The notes under the pieces were generated by a model. That model worked only from the letters and a program-made list of their open reading frames with translations, made no database searches and was not told where the DNA came from. From NCBI RefSeq assembly GCF_006345805.1, contig NC_042998.1, positions 82,522,001 through 82,586,000 of the forward strand: a stretch of 64,000 nt of DNA. Reading direction: 5' to 3'. The stretch comes from Octopus sinensis (taxonomy: Eukaryota). Made by a program: the position numbers and the translations under genes. How positions within the stretch are numbered: position 1 is the first letter of the stretch; the number at the start of each line of letters is the position of its first letter. Positions 39,600-51,183 of the stretch are shown in pieces.

Positions 39600-42200
39600 T
39601 AAATTGTATAGGTTTAAAAAAAAAAAAACTTTGTCACCTAATTTGAAAAATTCTGAAGTATTTCTGTTGTTCAGCTTTTTTCCTATTTTCACTCGGTATC
39701 AACTTGTTAAAAACAGATCTGATCTTCCTAGTAAACATCAAATCTGCGGATGACATTCCTGACTGAGTATTCATATTAGGTGTTACTCGGTATTCACTTG
39801 TAAATTCTTGAAGTGCAAGGTTGTCCATTCCTTCAGTGTTCACCTTTTTTAACACCCTTCTTGAAAGTGTCAACAAAAGGCTTCGCTTGTCTATTTGACC
39901 TAGGATGATACGGCGGAGCGATCAGATATTCGATAACCAGCATTTTACAAAATTTTCTGAAATCGTCTGAAGTAAACTGAGTTCCATTGTCAGATGCAAT
40001 GGTATCAGGAATACCATATCAGGCGAACAATACGTGTAAGAAAAACTTACTGTAACCACAGATGTCGGCTTTTTACACTTATGCTGTTCAAACCACTTTC
40101 AAAAATAATCGCTAGAGCCCCTTTTTCAACTTGGCTGTCATTTTTTCTGCTGATACCAGAGAACGTGAGGCATGAAACACCGCTTTCATGTTACCATCTT
40201 TATATTTATGTAGCTTTACCGTACTCAGAGGCACCTAAAGCTGCAAAAATCTCCGCTGCAGGATCGAAGTATGCTAGCAACAAATCAGATGTCAGTATCT
40301 TTTTAGTTTCATCGAACGCCTTCTGACTATTTTCAAACCAATTTCACTTTTTAGCAGATTGTTTAATGGAACCCTTACCTTATGCATATTTGGAATACAA
40401 TTTTGGTAATAATTTGTCAGTCCCAAGAAGCTGGTAAAGTCGCTATATTAGACAAGGGGGCGCGTATTTTTAATTGCCTCTGCCCTCGACGGTTCTGGTC
40501 GACGCCCATTTCTGTCAATGGTTTATCCTAAATATTTTATTTTCGGCAAGAAAAATTCATACATTTTTTCACTGAAAGTAAAGCCATAATCCCTAATTTT
40601 TTCGAGCAGATATTTTATGAGCTCTACATGTTGGTCCCGGCATTTGCTTTTTATGAGTATATCATCCAGATATGGAATTGCGAATTCATAGTCTGCAAAC
40701 ATTGCATCCATAATCTATTAAAAAATCGCCGGTGCGACTTTCAGGTCAAATGGTAAACCGTTGTATTTATAAAGTCTTTTATGTACGTTAATTGTTAGGC
40801 ATTTATAGCATTCATCATCTAATATAATTTGAAGGTACACGTTAGAATGGTCCAATTTAGAAAATATCTTGCCACCATTTAAAATCGAATATGTGTCGTC
40901 CGGAGTAGGTAGCGGATAGTGGAACGTTTTAAGGCATTCATTAAAACCAGTGGGAGAATGAGCAGACATTCTTATTTTATTAGTCTTTTTCTTAACGTAC
41001 AGAGTTGGTGATGCCCATTGACTTTATTCCACTATTTGGATGACTCCAATTCATCTAGTCTCTTTAACTCTAAGATTACCTGTTCTAACACTTCAAAAGC
41101 TACCTTCGTTTCGGTTTAAATACCGGTATAGCATTTTCTTTTACTTGAAACTTTACCTTTGTTTTGATGCACAGACCTAATCATCAGACAAAACTTCAGG
41201 GAAAGTTTTTTGAGATTTTTCTGAAAATTCGTCCGACGACTTATTTTACCGGCGGAAAAACCATTCACATTTTTACAGAAAAGATTCCATCCAGTCTGTT
41301 TCAAATAAATTTGTCTTATTGTTCAACACAAAATCTTTGATTATTAACGTTTTTCGTGAAATGTAACGTAACTTAACATTTCGCCCTTAAAATATAATTT
41401 TTTTCCTGAAACACCACGTGAAAATTTCGAAGTTCCTTTTAATTTCGGTCAGCCGATTATTTTTCTATGTATCTGTGTTAAAAATTGAGTTTATCACTGC
41501 CCGTATCCAAATGTAACTTTACGCTTGTGTTATTAATTTTTACACACACAAATTTCCTTTGAGGCTTGTTCCTAATTCTTGTCACCGATTACCAGTTTAC
41601 GTGATTTTTTCTGTTGAACCGTTTTTCAGATTTTGCTTTACAGTGTAATTTTTTTATGACCTATCTTACCACATTTAAAGCATTTCATAAAATTTAATGG
41701 ACAGTTGCATTTGAAATGTAGACCACTGCGTACATAACACGGATTTGACCTTGACATTTTTTCGCTTTTTCTTATCCGTTACAGGTCGACACGCATGAAT
41801 ATGAGAGCAATCTTTTTCTTCAATTTCATCTGCGCCATCTCTTAGATTTATAATCCTCTGGCATTCCTCTGCTACTACCTGTAGAGTTGATTTTTTGTCT
41901 TGTTCTAATTTTGTTAATATCCAGAAACCTATAGCTGCATCTTTGCTTGCAGTTAGCTCTTAAACAAAAATAGACATTTGACCATGTCCGGGGGTTAATT
42001 CCTTTAATTTGAATTTTTCGCCCGATTTGTTAATTACACCGGCATAGTTGACGAAATTTTCGTCATCTTTTTTGACCAAATTTAAACATTGCTATCAAAT
42101 ATTGAACAAAGAATTCTTTCACTGAAAATTTTAGGTGAAAAATTTATTGTTTCATCGAAATAGATGTCACCTGGTTTCTTCGACAGAATATAATTACTAT
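39600..42200 (-). mobile_element. Ty3/Gypsy LTR retrotransposon internal relic (gag knuckles, RT, integrase)
   Basis: YPLPTPDD..LNGGKIFSKLD, LPFDLKVAPAIF, AIPYLDDILI (YLDD), integrase-like EYRVTPNMNTQSGMSSADLMF, CFKCGKIGH near 41650; many stops. Confidence 0.9.
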
Positions 42201-43539
42201 AATTTTCGAGTTCGGCAAGGGACAAATGTTTTAAATTAGTCATACCTTTTTTCTTCTTTGAAGATTTCTTGTGTTTATGTGTGTGTGAGAAAGTATGTCA
42301 ATTTGGGTGAATGCTTGTGTTTGGCCCTTATCACTGCTTCACAACCGGTATTGGTGAATTTGCATCCCCGCAACTTAGCAGTTCGGCAAGTACAAGGTTT
42401 TGCAAAAAAAGATTAGTAGCGAGGTCTATTCATTCGACTAAAACGCTCCAGCATGGCCACCGTCTAAAAGGCAAGAGCACGATACATCTCAGTACGTGAC
42501 CAAGGTACAATAGAAAATTCAGCAGGAAAATAATGTAAACAAATGTTTATCTACTTTGACTGTCTTGTTCATTTCATTCATTTTGAGGTTATCAAGTAAT
42601 CACAACAGATTAAACTTGATACATTCTTCCAGCAGCGTCATATATTAGATATCAAATATTTGAAAATGTTAATAAAATATTACCAAGTCGAAACTATTTT
42701 CAGCACAATTATTGGCTGTAAAATTTGTTCTAGAAGTCATATAGTTGTTTTTTTTTTTTTGTTTTTTGTTCTGTTACAATTTAGCTTTTAGCTTTTCAAC
42801 AAGTTGCAAAGAAAGAAAACTAACAGATCTGGTATACCTGAGGCGGTAGTATTTGTATATTCGTACTGAATTATCCTATAAAAAACATATATATGCGTGA
42901 ATAGGGGTGTCGATGTATCTCTATGTGATTGCTTAGAAGTTACATATCTATGAATTATATGTGTTTGTCGTTATTGCAAACTACGCTGATAGTTAATTCA
43001 AAAATATGAGTTTTGCGATAAGTATTTCATTGTGTTGTAGGATTGAAACTTATTCTGATAAGACTCTGGAAAAACCACACACACACGCACGCACACACGC
43101 ACGCACGCACGCACGCACGTACACACACGTACACGTACGTACGTGTGTGTGTATGAAAACACACCTACACTGTCCCTTGAAATAGAAAATATAAAATAGT
43201 CTCTTACGATAATATGGTGAATCAGGTAAGTTAAAACTATACTACTAAAATGTAACCTTTTTGAACTTATAATTTTCTGTGTATATATATACAGATACAA
43301 TACCAATATTCCTCTGAACTTCTTAATAATTCTTTCTGTAAACTGTTTTTAACATTTTCTTAAGAATGTATATATATATTGTAATCTTTTGTGCCCAATA
43401 TTTTAATGAACTTGTTAAACTTTTTTTATATTTCCCTTGTAAACTGTTTTTAACATGTTCTTATTATTATCAAAAAATGTATATACATGTTGTAATATTT
43501 TGTGACAACCAGTACCTAACACAACAAAGCTTTTACATG

Positions 43540-43585
43540 TTACTTTTGACAATCTTTTTCTAAAAAAGTGAAACCGGTCAAGTAA
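43540..43585 (+). ncRNA. type I hammerhead motif with U3-A8 core variant
   Basis: stem I ttactt/aagtaa; TTGACAA; stem II ctttt/aaaag; GAAA; stem III palindrome ACCGGT; GUC triplet. Confidence 0.6.
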
Positions 43586-43670
43586 ATAAACATCTTTTAA
43601 AATTGCATTTTCAAACCTTCTGTCATATATAATTCCACTAGTGCGGTACCTTACAATTCTACTTTGTTAT

Positions 43671-43744
<74 letters not shown>

Positions 43745-43914
43745 TGACTCAAAGTCTGAGAGTCAAGCTATTTAATCTACAAACGTAAGTCTGACAAAAT
43801 TTATATCGGTTCGGCCCAGGTCATCGTTGTTGACACAATATCATGTCGGATCCGTAGTTATTGATTAAATATTCATGTATGTCTGAGTAACATCTTTTTA
43901 ATAGATACATATAT

Positions 43915-44090
43915 AGAAAGGCGAGCTGGCAGAATCGTTAGCAGACAGGGCAAAATGCTTAACGGCATTTCATTCGTCCTTATGTTCTGAGTTCATCTCC
44001 TGCTGGGGGTCGACTTGGCCTTTCATCCTTTCGGAGTTTATAAAATAAGTATTAGTTGAGCACTAGGATCGATGTAACTAACTTAGTTGT
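43915..44090 (+). mobile_element. SINE family A copy
   Basis: aaggcgagctggcagaatcgttagc head. Confidence 0.8.
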
Positions 44091-44210
44091 GGTTTAGTAT
44101 TTGACATGACTCTCATCTCTATCACACATAGATAGGAAGAAATAAACATGAAACTCATAGATCCAACTTCTCTGATCGTTTTGTTAAAGTTCCTATTATT
44201 ATTTTCCCTC

Positions 44211-44284
44211 TGCACTGATGAGTACTGTGATAATTTCCAAATTCAAATATGGATTTATATCTATGTACGAAACAACTGTTTGCA
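44211..44284 (+). ncRNA. type I hammerhead ribozyme with long stem II
   Basis: tgca-CTGATGA-gtac...gtac-GAAA-caactg-TT-tgca; stem III ACA-ac-TGT; extra gata/tatc and tcca/tgga pairs inside stem II. Confidence 0.75.
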
Positions 44285-44373
44285 TGAATAAACGTCTTAT
44301 AACTTTTTAACATCTTATCTCGACTATTTTTGACAAATATGATTGAATCTGTAGAAATTTATTTCATAAATTA

Positions 44374-44423
<50 letters not shown>

Positions 44424-45514
44424 TAAGTATATATATACATACATACATAATTAATACGTCCTGAAACAAAATACATTAGCCAGAAATGTGGATTAGTCAA
44501 CGATTCCAGTCAGTTTATGTTGCAATGAAAACGTCACATGAGACACAAAGTTGTTTCCAACTCGTAGTTGGAGATTAACCGCAAAAGTAAAGATTTATGT
44601 TACACTATGATGCTTAAAGATGAATGCTTGAACTGAGGAGAGAATGAAAGGATATGATGTGATGGATCTAACGAAGGATGAATTGTTTTCTTCTGGTGGA
44701 AAGAAATAAGAAAATAAAAGAGCAAAGAGATTGGAATATATATATATATATATATAAGCAGACACAGAAGTTTGTATATGGACATTTTTAGTAAATAATT
44801 GCAATGTGAAAAGCATGTGTTAATCATACAGAAACACGCAAACACTGTCAAATTCACTCGCTTACAATATGTTGTGGAAATATTTGAGCAACAAAAGCTT
44901 CGACATAATATTACTAACAATAAATTTTAAGCGAGTTAATAGCCAATGGCTAATATGTGTTTCCGACGAACAGTCATTTTGGTTTCGACACTCAGTCGGT
45001 TTTCAAACTGTGCTCGCTATGAAAGTACATCTTTGTGTTTTCTAGCAAAGTTAATATGGAAATCCAGGACTGCTGGGATGCAGTATCAGTGAGATCAGTT
45101 CATATCACATTACTAATAGATAGGCAGGCAGGCAGGCAGGCAGGCAGATAATGCATCACGTACATACACGCGGAAACATGATTAAAACTTTATGTTAAGA
45201 TAAAAACGAAGATAAATGGAATTCATAAATATCAGCTAGTTCACAACTAGACAATAATCCTTTCTACTAAAGACTCAAAGCCTGAAATTTTGTAGGGAGG
45301 GGCTGGGCGATTACATTGATCAGTACTTGACTGTTTCTTGATTTACCGGCTCCGAACTTAGAAAGCAAACAGCTGGAAGAAATGCCGCTAAACATTTTGT
45401 CTTGCATGCTAGTAATCATATACACTTTAATTAATTAATGTTTGCTCCAGTGTGAGTACTTATATAGACATACATGCATAAATACGTTTATGCCTTTATA
45501 TATACATATACATA

Positions 45515-45567
<53 letters not shown>

Positions 45568-45579
45568 TATTAGGCACAC

Positions 45580-45965
45580 AGGAGTGACTGTGTGGTAAGA
45601 AGCTTGCTTCCTTCCCAACCGCATGCTTCTGGGTTAAGTCCCACAGGGTGGCACCTTGGCTAAGCGTTTTCTACCATAGCCTCAGGCCGACCAAAGCCTT
45701 GTGAGTGGATTTGGTAAACGGAATCTATATATAAATGTGTGTGTGTGTGTATGTCTGCCTATATGTCTGTCTGAGCTTGTCCCCCCACCATCTCTTGACA
45801 ATCGGTGTTCGTGTGTTTAAGTCCCTGTAACTTACCCATTCGGTAAAAGAGACCGATAGAATAAGTACTAGGCTTATAGATCATAAACCCTGGTGTCGAT
45901 TTCTTCGACTAATGGAGGTGATCCAGCACGGCCGTAGGTCACATGACTGAAACAAATAAGGGAAT
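45580..45965 (+). mobile_element. SINE family B copy
   Basis: gtgtggtaagaagcttgc head, gtggcaccttggctaag, tail cacatgactgaaac. Confidence 0.8.
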
Positions 45966-46024
45966 AAAAGAATTAAAAAAATATATATATTATCGAGCTA
46001 ATAATACATTCATATATATATATT

Positions 46025-46083
<59 letters not shown>

Positions 46084-46273
46084 ATATTTATATCTTTCAA
46101 AGGACTGAATGTCTGATCGTCCTTTTATTGGAATAATTTCAAAAGACTTCCTAACGTTGTTCCTTCATACTTTATTGCTGAATTTACTAGATTAAATTTG
46201 TGTAGATGTGAAAACTTATATAGAAATATAAAGTATGGGATTTAACTTATTAAACGCAGTTCAACAAATATTG

Positions 46274-46393
46274 GTTAACGGCCATATCACGTTGAAAGCA
46301 CCGGTTCTCGTCCGATCACCGGAGTTAAGCAACATCGAGCCTAGTTTGTACTTAGATGGGTGACCGCTTGGGAAACCTAGGTGCTTTAAGCAT
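46274..46393 (+). rRNA. 5S rRNA: 5S rRNA-derived sequence (solitary; probably a retrocopy or SINE head)
   Basis: gttaacggccatatcacgttgaaagcaccggttctcgtccgatcaccggagttaagcaacatcgagcctagtttgtacttagatgggtgaccgcttgggaaacctaggtgctttaagc: full 5S length with A-box and C-box regions. Confidence 0.9.
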
Positions 46394-46532
46394 TCTCCAT
46401 TTTAACGGCGGTGCCCCAGCATGGCCACAGCTTGTGAGCTGAAACTAGATAAAATGTAAATAAAAATATAAATATATATAAATATGGATGTCTAATATTA
46501 TCTCTATAAGATATCAATATACTTAATAGTTT

Positions 46533-46712
46533 TTACTACTCATGTTGTTATACAGTTGTTTCGTACAGAAAGTCAAGACGTTGATATCTGAGGATCTGAG
46601 TTGTCAGAAAGTACTATCGGTAGCTTAAAAACTTTCTGACAACTCAGATCCTCAAATGTGAATATCTTATCTTTCTGTACGAGACAACTATATAACAACC
46701 TGAGTAATAATA
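46533..46712. repeat. inverted repeat with ~80-bp arms, related to the 44211 HHR family
   Basis: 24-bp perfect core tgaggatctgagttgtcagaaagt / actttctgacaactcagatcctca; arms contain gtacgaaacaactgt. Confidence 0.8.
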
Positions 46713-46774
46713 AATATTATCCATATTAGCATCTAATCTACATATATATATATATATAATATATATGTATATAG

Positions 46775-46807
<33 letters not shown>

Positions 46808-46834
46808 GTATATATATATATATTGTATATATAT

Positions 46835-46867
<33 letters not shown>

Positions 46868-46910
46868 GTATATATATGTATATATATATATATATGTATA
46901 TATATGTATA

Positions 46911-46942
<32 letters not shown>

Positions 46943-47130
46943 GTATATATTATATATATATGTATATATGTATATATATATATATGTATATAATATATAT
47001 ATGTATATGTATATATATATATATGTATATAATATATATATGTAATATATATATATATAATATATGTATATATAATATATATATATATATTGTATATATA
47101 TATATTATATATATGTATATATATATATAT

Positions 47131-47162
<32 letters not shown>

Positions 47163-47163
<1 letters not shown>

Positions 47164-48077
47164 AGGTAGGTACGTACATATATGTTTATATATATGCATA
47201 TGTTCTATTTTATTAACATATTATACGACTAAACGCCCGCACCCTATTAAGTAAGATTGTTCTGTTTATCAAGTTAGCCTTGATATTAACTCTCACGCGA
47301 CTCTGCATCTTTCTTTCTTTCTCTCCCATTCCCTTTTTCGTCTTTTTTCCCTCACTTAACTTGTCTCTTCCTCTCTCTCTCATTCTTCATTCTCTCTCTC
47401 CCTTTCACCATTCTTCATGGTCTCCTCGCACCATTCCCCTTCTTCTCTCCCTTCCCCTTGCTCCTCCTCCCCCATTCCCGTCGTCCATCTGCGACGATAC
47501 TTCCGTCGTAACTGCTATCCTGTCTTTTCTCGCCCGCCTTCTAAGGCTACTGGTCGACATTTTTTCTCTCTCGTCGTCCACTTTAATCCAGCGTTTGCAA
47601 TACTTTTTTCGTCTGGCGTTAACAGCCCTTCTTATCTTGTTCTCCTTGTCCTGTCTCTCACTGTTATATATTTATTTTTCCACTGTTTATATATATATTT
47701 TTTACTGTTTATATGTTTATACTGTCGTTACCGACTTGCTTTTTTTTACCCCTCTGCGAAAAGATCTCAGAATTTTAATTGATTTGCTTTTCGCAGGAAG
47801 GAAGTTTTCTTCGAAGTATACGTCTCGCTTTTATCCTTCGAAACGTTTAGTAGATGAAACCTTAGCGACTGAAGAAGGGGATTTTTCGTTGTGCTTATTG
47901 TCCTGTATCTCTTTTTTTGCTTGTCTTGTTCCTTGGTTTGTGTCTATGTTTTTCGTCTCTCTATGTGTTCGACGTCTTTTTGGTGTCCTGTACACATATA
48001 TGCGTGTATATGTACATGTAGAGGTAGGTACGTACATATATGTTTATATATGCATATGTTCGATTTTATTAACATAT
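47163..48077 (+). mobile_element. ~858-bp non-coding element with ~57-bp direct terminal repeat, inside (TA)n
   Basis: gaggtaggtacgtacatatatgtttatata..gcatatgttc.attttattaacatat at 47163 and 48021; diverged homologue on - at 51184-52330. Confidence 0.7.
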
Positions 48078-48321
48078 ATATATATATGTATATATATAAT
48101 ATATATATATAATGTATATATAATATATATATGATATATATATATATTATATATATATGTATATATATATATATATATATATGATATATATATATATATA
48201 TATAGTATATATATATATATATATATGGTATATATATATATATATATGGTATATATTATATATATATATAGATTATAGTATATATATGTATATATATATA
48301 TATATAGTATATATATATGTA

Positions 48322-48359
<38 letters not shown>

Positions 48360-48360
48360 C

Positions 48361-48395
<35 letters not shown>

Positions 48396-48401
48396 GATAT
48401 G

Positions 48402-48460
<59 letters not shown>

Positions 48461-48473
48461 ATATATATATGTA

Positions 48474-48550
<77 letters not shown>

Positions 48551-48722
48551 TATATAAGTATATATATATGTATATATATATGTATAATATATATATATAT
48601 GTATATATATAATATATGGTATAGATATATATATATATATTATATTATATATATATATATGTATATATATATATCTATATATGTATATATATATATATAT
48701 AATATGTATATATATATATATC

Positions 48723-48804
<82 letters not shown>

Positions 48805-49348
48805 GATATATATATATATATATGTATATATAATATATTATATATATATATATAATATATATATATATATTATATATATATATATACACATATATATATG
48901 TATATATATAAGACGTGATTGCCTTGCTCTGTGAAGAAGTTTGCATAGAACGGCGAAATAACCCACTGTAGTTGCAAAACGTAAAACTCTAAGTCATAGA
49001 GATCACTACAACACTTTGGTTAAAAATATTTTTAAAAATATATATATAAATATATACATATACACAGTAATTTTCATTTTCGCCGAAACGCACATGGTGC
49101 AAAAATAACTAAATCAAGTTATCTCCTGCAAGAAAGAAAAAGAAGTATCTCTCCTGAAAAAAATCCCGTAAACCAAAAAAAATAATCCAGACCACATTGT
49201 TGGATAAGTATCAATATCAATTTCATCTATTTCATATTTTATTTATTATTCTATTTATCTTTCACTTAGGCCCACATCTTAGTTAAAGTTGCGATCGTCA
49301 TTTTGTTTGTTTACATTTTCAATATCTGTTCTCGATATAATAATTTTC

Positions 49349-50459
49349 CAGATACTCTATCTTCTAATTAGCCTTAAGATTAAATTAAATAACGTTTAAT
49401 ATTGATACCGTCAAATTAGCCTTAGGATTAAATTAAATAAGTTTAATATTGTTTAATATTGTTAATAATTATTGTTAATTAGCCTTAAGATTAAATTAAA
49501 TAACGTTTAATATTGTTTAATATTGTTAATAATTTCAGATACTCTATCTTCTAATTAGCCCTAAGATTAAATTAAATAACGTTTAATATTAATAACGTCT
49601 AATTAGCCTTAGGATTAAATTAAATAACGTTTAATATTGTTAATAATTATTGTTAAAGCCTTAGGATTAAATTAAATAACGTTTAATATTGTTTAATATT
49701 GTTAATAATTACTGTTAATTAGCCTTAAGATTAAATTAAATAACGTTTAATATTGTTTTATATGTTAATATTTCTTCAGATACTCTATCTTCTAATTAGC
49801 CTTAAGATTAAATTAAATAACGTTTAATATACCCCACACTCTAATATAATATTAACATTGCTAATATATTTTCAGATACTCTATCTCCTGATTAGCCTTA
49901 AGATTAAATAACGTTTTTATCCACACTCTAATATAATATTAATATTGCTATATATTTTCAGATACTCTATCTTCTAATTAGACTTAAGATTAAATTAAAT
50001 AACGTTTAATATTAATAACGTCTAATTAGCCTTAAGATTAAATTAAATAACGGTTAATATTGCTTAATATTGTATATATATTTTTCAGATACTCTGTCTT
50101 CTAATTAGCCTTAAGATTAAATAAAATAACGTTTATATTACCCACACTCTAATATAATATTAAATGCTAATATATTTCCAGATACTCTATCTCCAAATTA
50201 GCCTTAAGATTAAATAACGTTTAATATACCCACACTCTAATATAATATTAATATTGCTAATATATTTTCAGATACTCTATCTCCTAATTAGCCTTAAGAT
50301 TAACAACGTTTTTATCCACACTCTAATATAATATTAATATTGCTATTACATTTTCAGATACTCTATCCCCTAATTAGCCTTAAGATTAAATAACGTTTTT
50401 ACACAAACTTTATATTGTTAATATTTTTTCAAGTACTCTATCTTCTAATTAGCCTTAAT
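49349..50459 (+). repeat. AT-rich modular minisatellite, 16 copies of the core ttagccttaagattaaa
   Basis: modules cagatactctatcttctaattagccttaagattaaattaaataacgtttaatat and acccacactctaatataatatt recur at roughly 47-96 bp spacing. Confidence 0.95.
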
Positions 50460-50520
50460 AATCTTCCTGTCTTCTCTCGAACATAATTAGATAGATAAAC
50501 GGATAGACGGATTATCCAGC

Positions 50521-51083
50521 ATGTCCAGAGCATGGAGACGTGACGAGCTGGATTTATTCATACGAGCATGGAGTGCGCCGGCGGAGATAGCCCTAGCGAG
50601 GTGATTGCGGCTGCGCTGAAGAGCAGAGGCTACAAGAGGACGGCGGCTCAGATGGAGCGAAAGAGACAGGAATTCGTGCGCTCATATGCGCTTGTACGGT
50701 CGCACATTGGCGCACTTGATGCCATCTTTGAGAACGAGCGGGGCAAAGATGGCAAGAATGGAGACGATGAAAGAAGTCACCCCCACCTGGTGGACGCCCG
50801 GGAGGAGGTTTTGAATGAGAAACCTGCCCGGGAAGTGAACCCAGGTGCAAGTTCTCCAACCGGCAGCAAGGGCCATGGAGACGGAGAACCCGGTGAAGAG
50901 GTAGAGGGAGGAAGAAGAACTAAAAGAAGGACTGGAAGAGCTAAAGGAAAAGAAAAAGCTCAAGCAGGCCAAAGAGTGAAACAACCAGAATAGAAGTGGA
51001 ACCGCAGAGGATGGAACCAAACAGCGCACCACGGGTGTGTATGTTCTACCTGAGAGGTTCCTGCTGGCATGGAAAGGAAGGGC
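50521..51083 (+). pseudogene. frameshifted ORF: Myb/SANT-like trihelix + coiled coil + start of CCCH finger (LINE ORF1-like), cut by gap
   Basis: MSRAWRRDELDLFIRAW / EVIAAALKSRGYKRTAAQMERKRQEFVRSY / REEEELKEGLEELKEKKKLKQAKE / VCMFYLRGSCWHGKEG lie in different frames; clearly more GC-rich than the flanks. Confidence 0.65.
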
Positions 51084-51183
51084 NNNNNNNNNNNNNNNNN
51101 NNNNNNNNNNNNNNNNNNNNNNNNNNNNNNNNNNNNNNNNNNNNNNNNNNNNNNNNNNNNNNNNNNNNNNNNNNNNNNNNNNN

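Noticed and set aside
46274-46393. Functional 5S rDNA array member
   Set aside because: Single copy with several substitutions and a LINE tail directly downstream; treated as a probable retrocopy, though transcription is not excluded.
47280-48134. 284-aa hydrophobic ORF
   Set aside because: CT-rich and TA-rich low-complexity sequence inside a non-coding repeat; not conserved as a frame in the second copy.
50521-51083. Bacterial or viral horizontal insert suggested by the GC shift
   Set aside because: The domains are eukaryotic and transposon-like; contamination cannot be excluded beside the gap, but nothing positively supports it.
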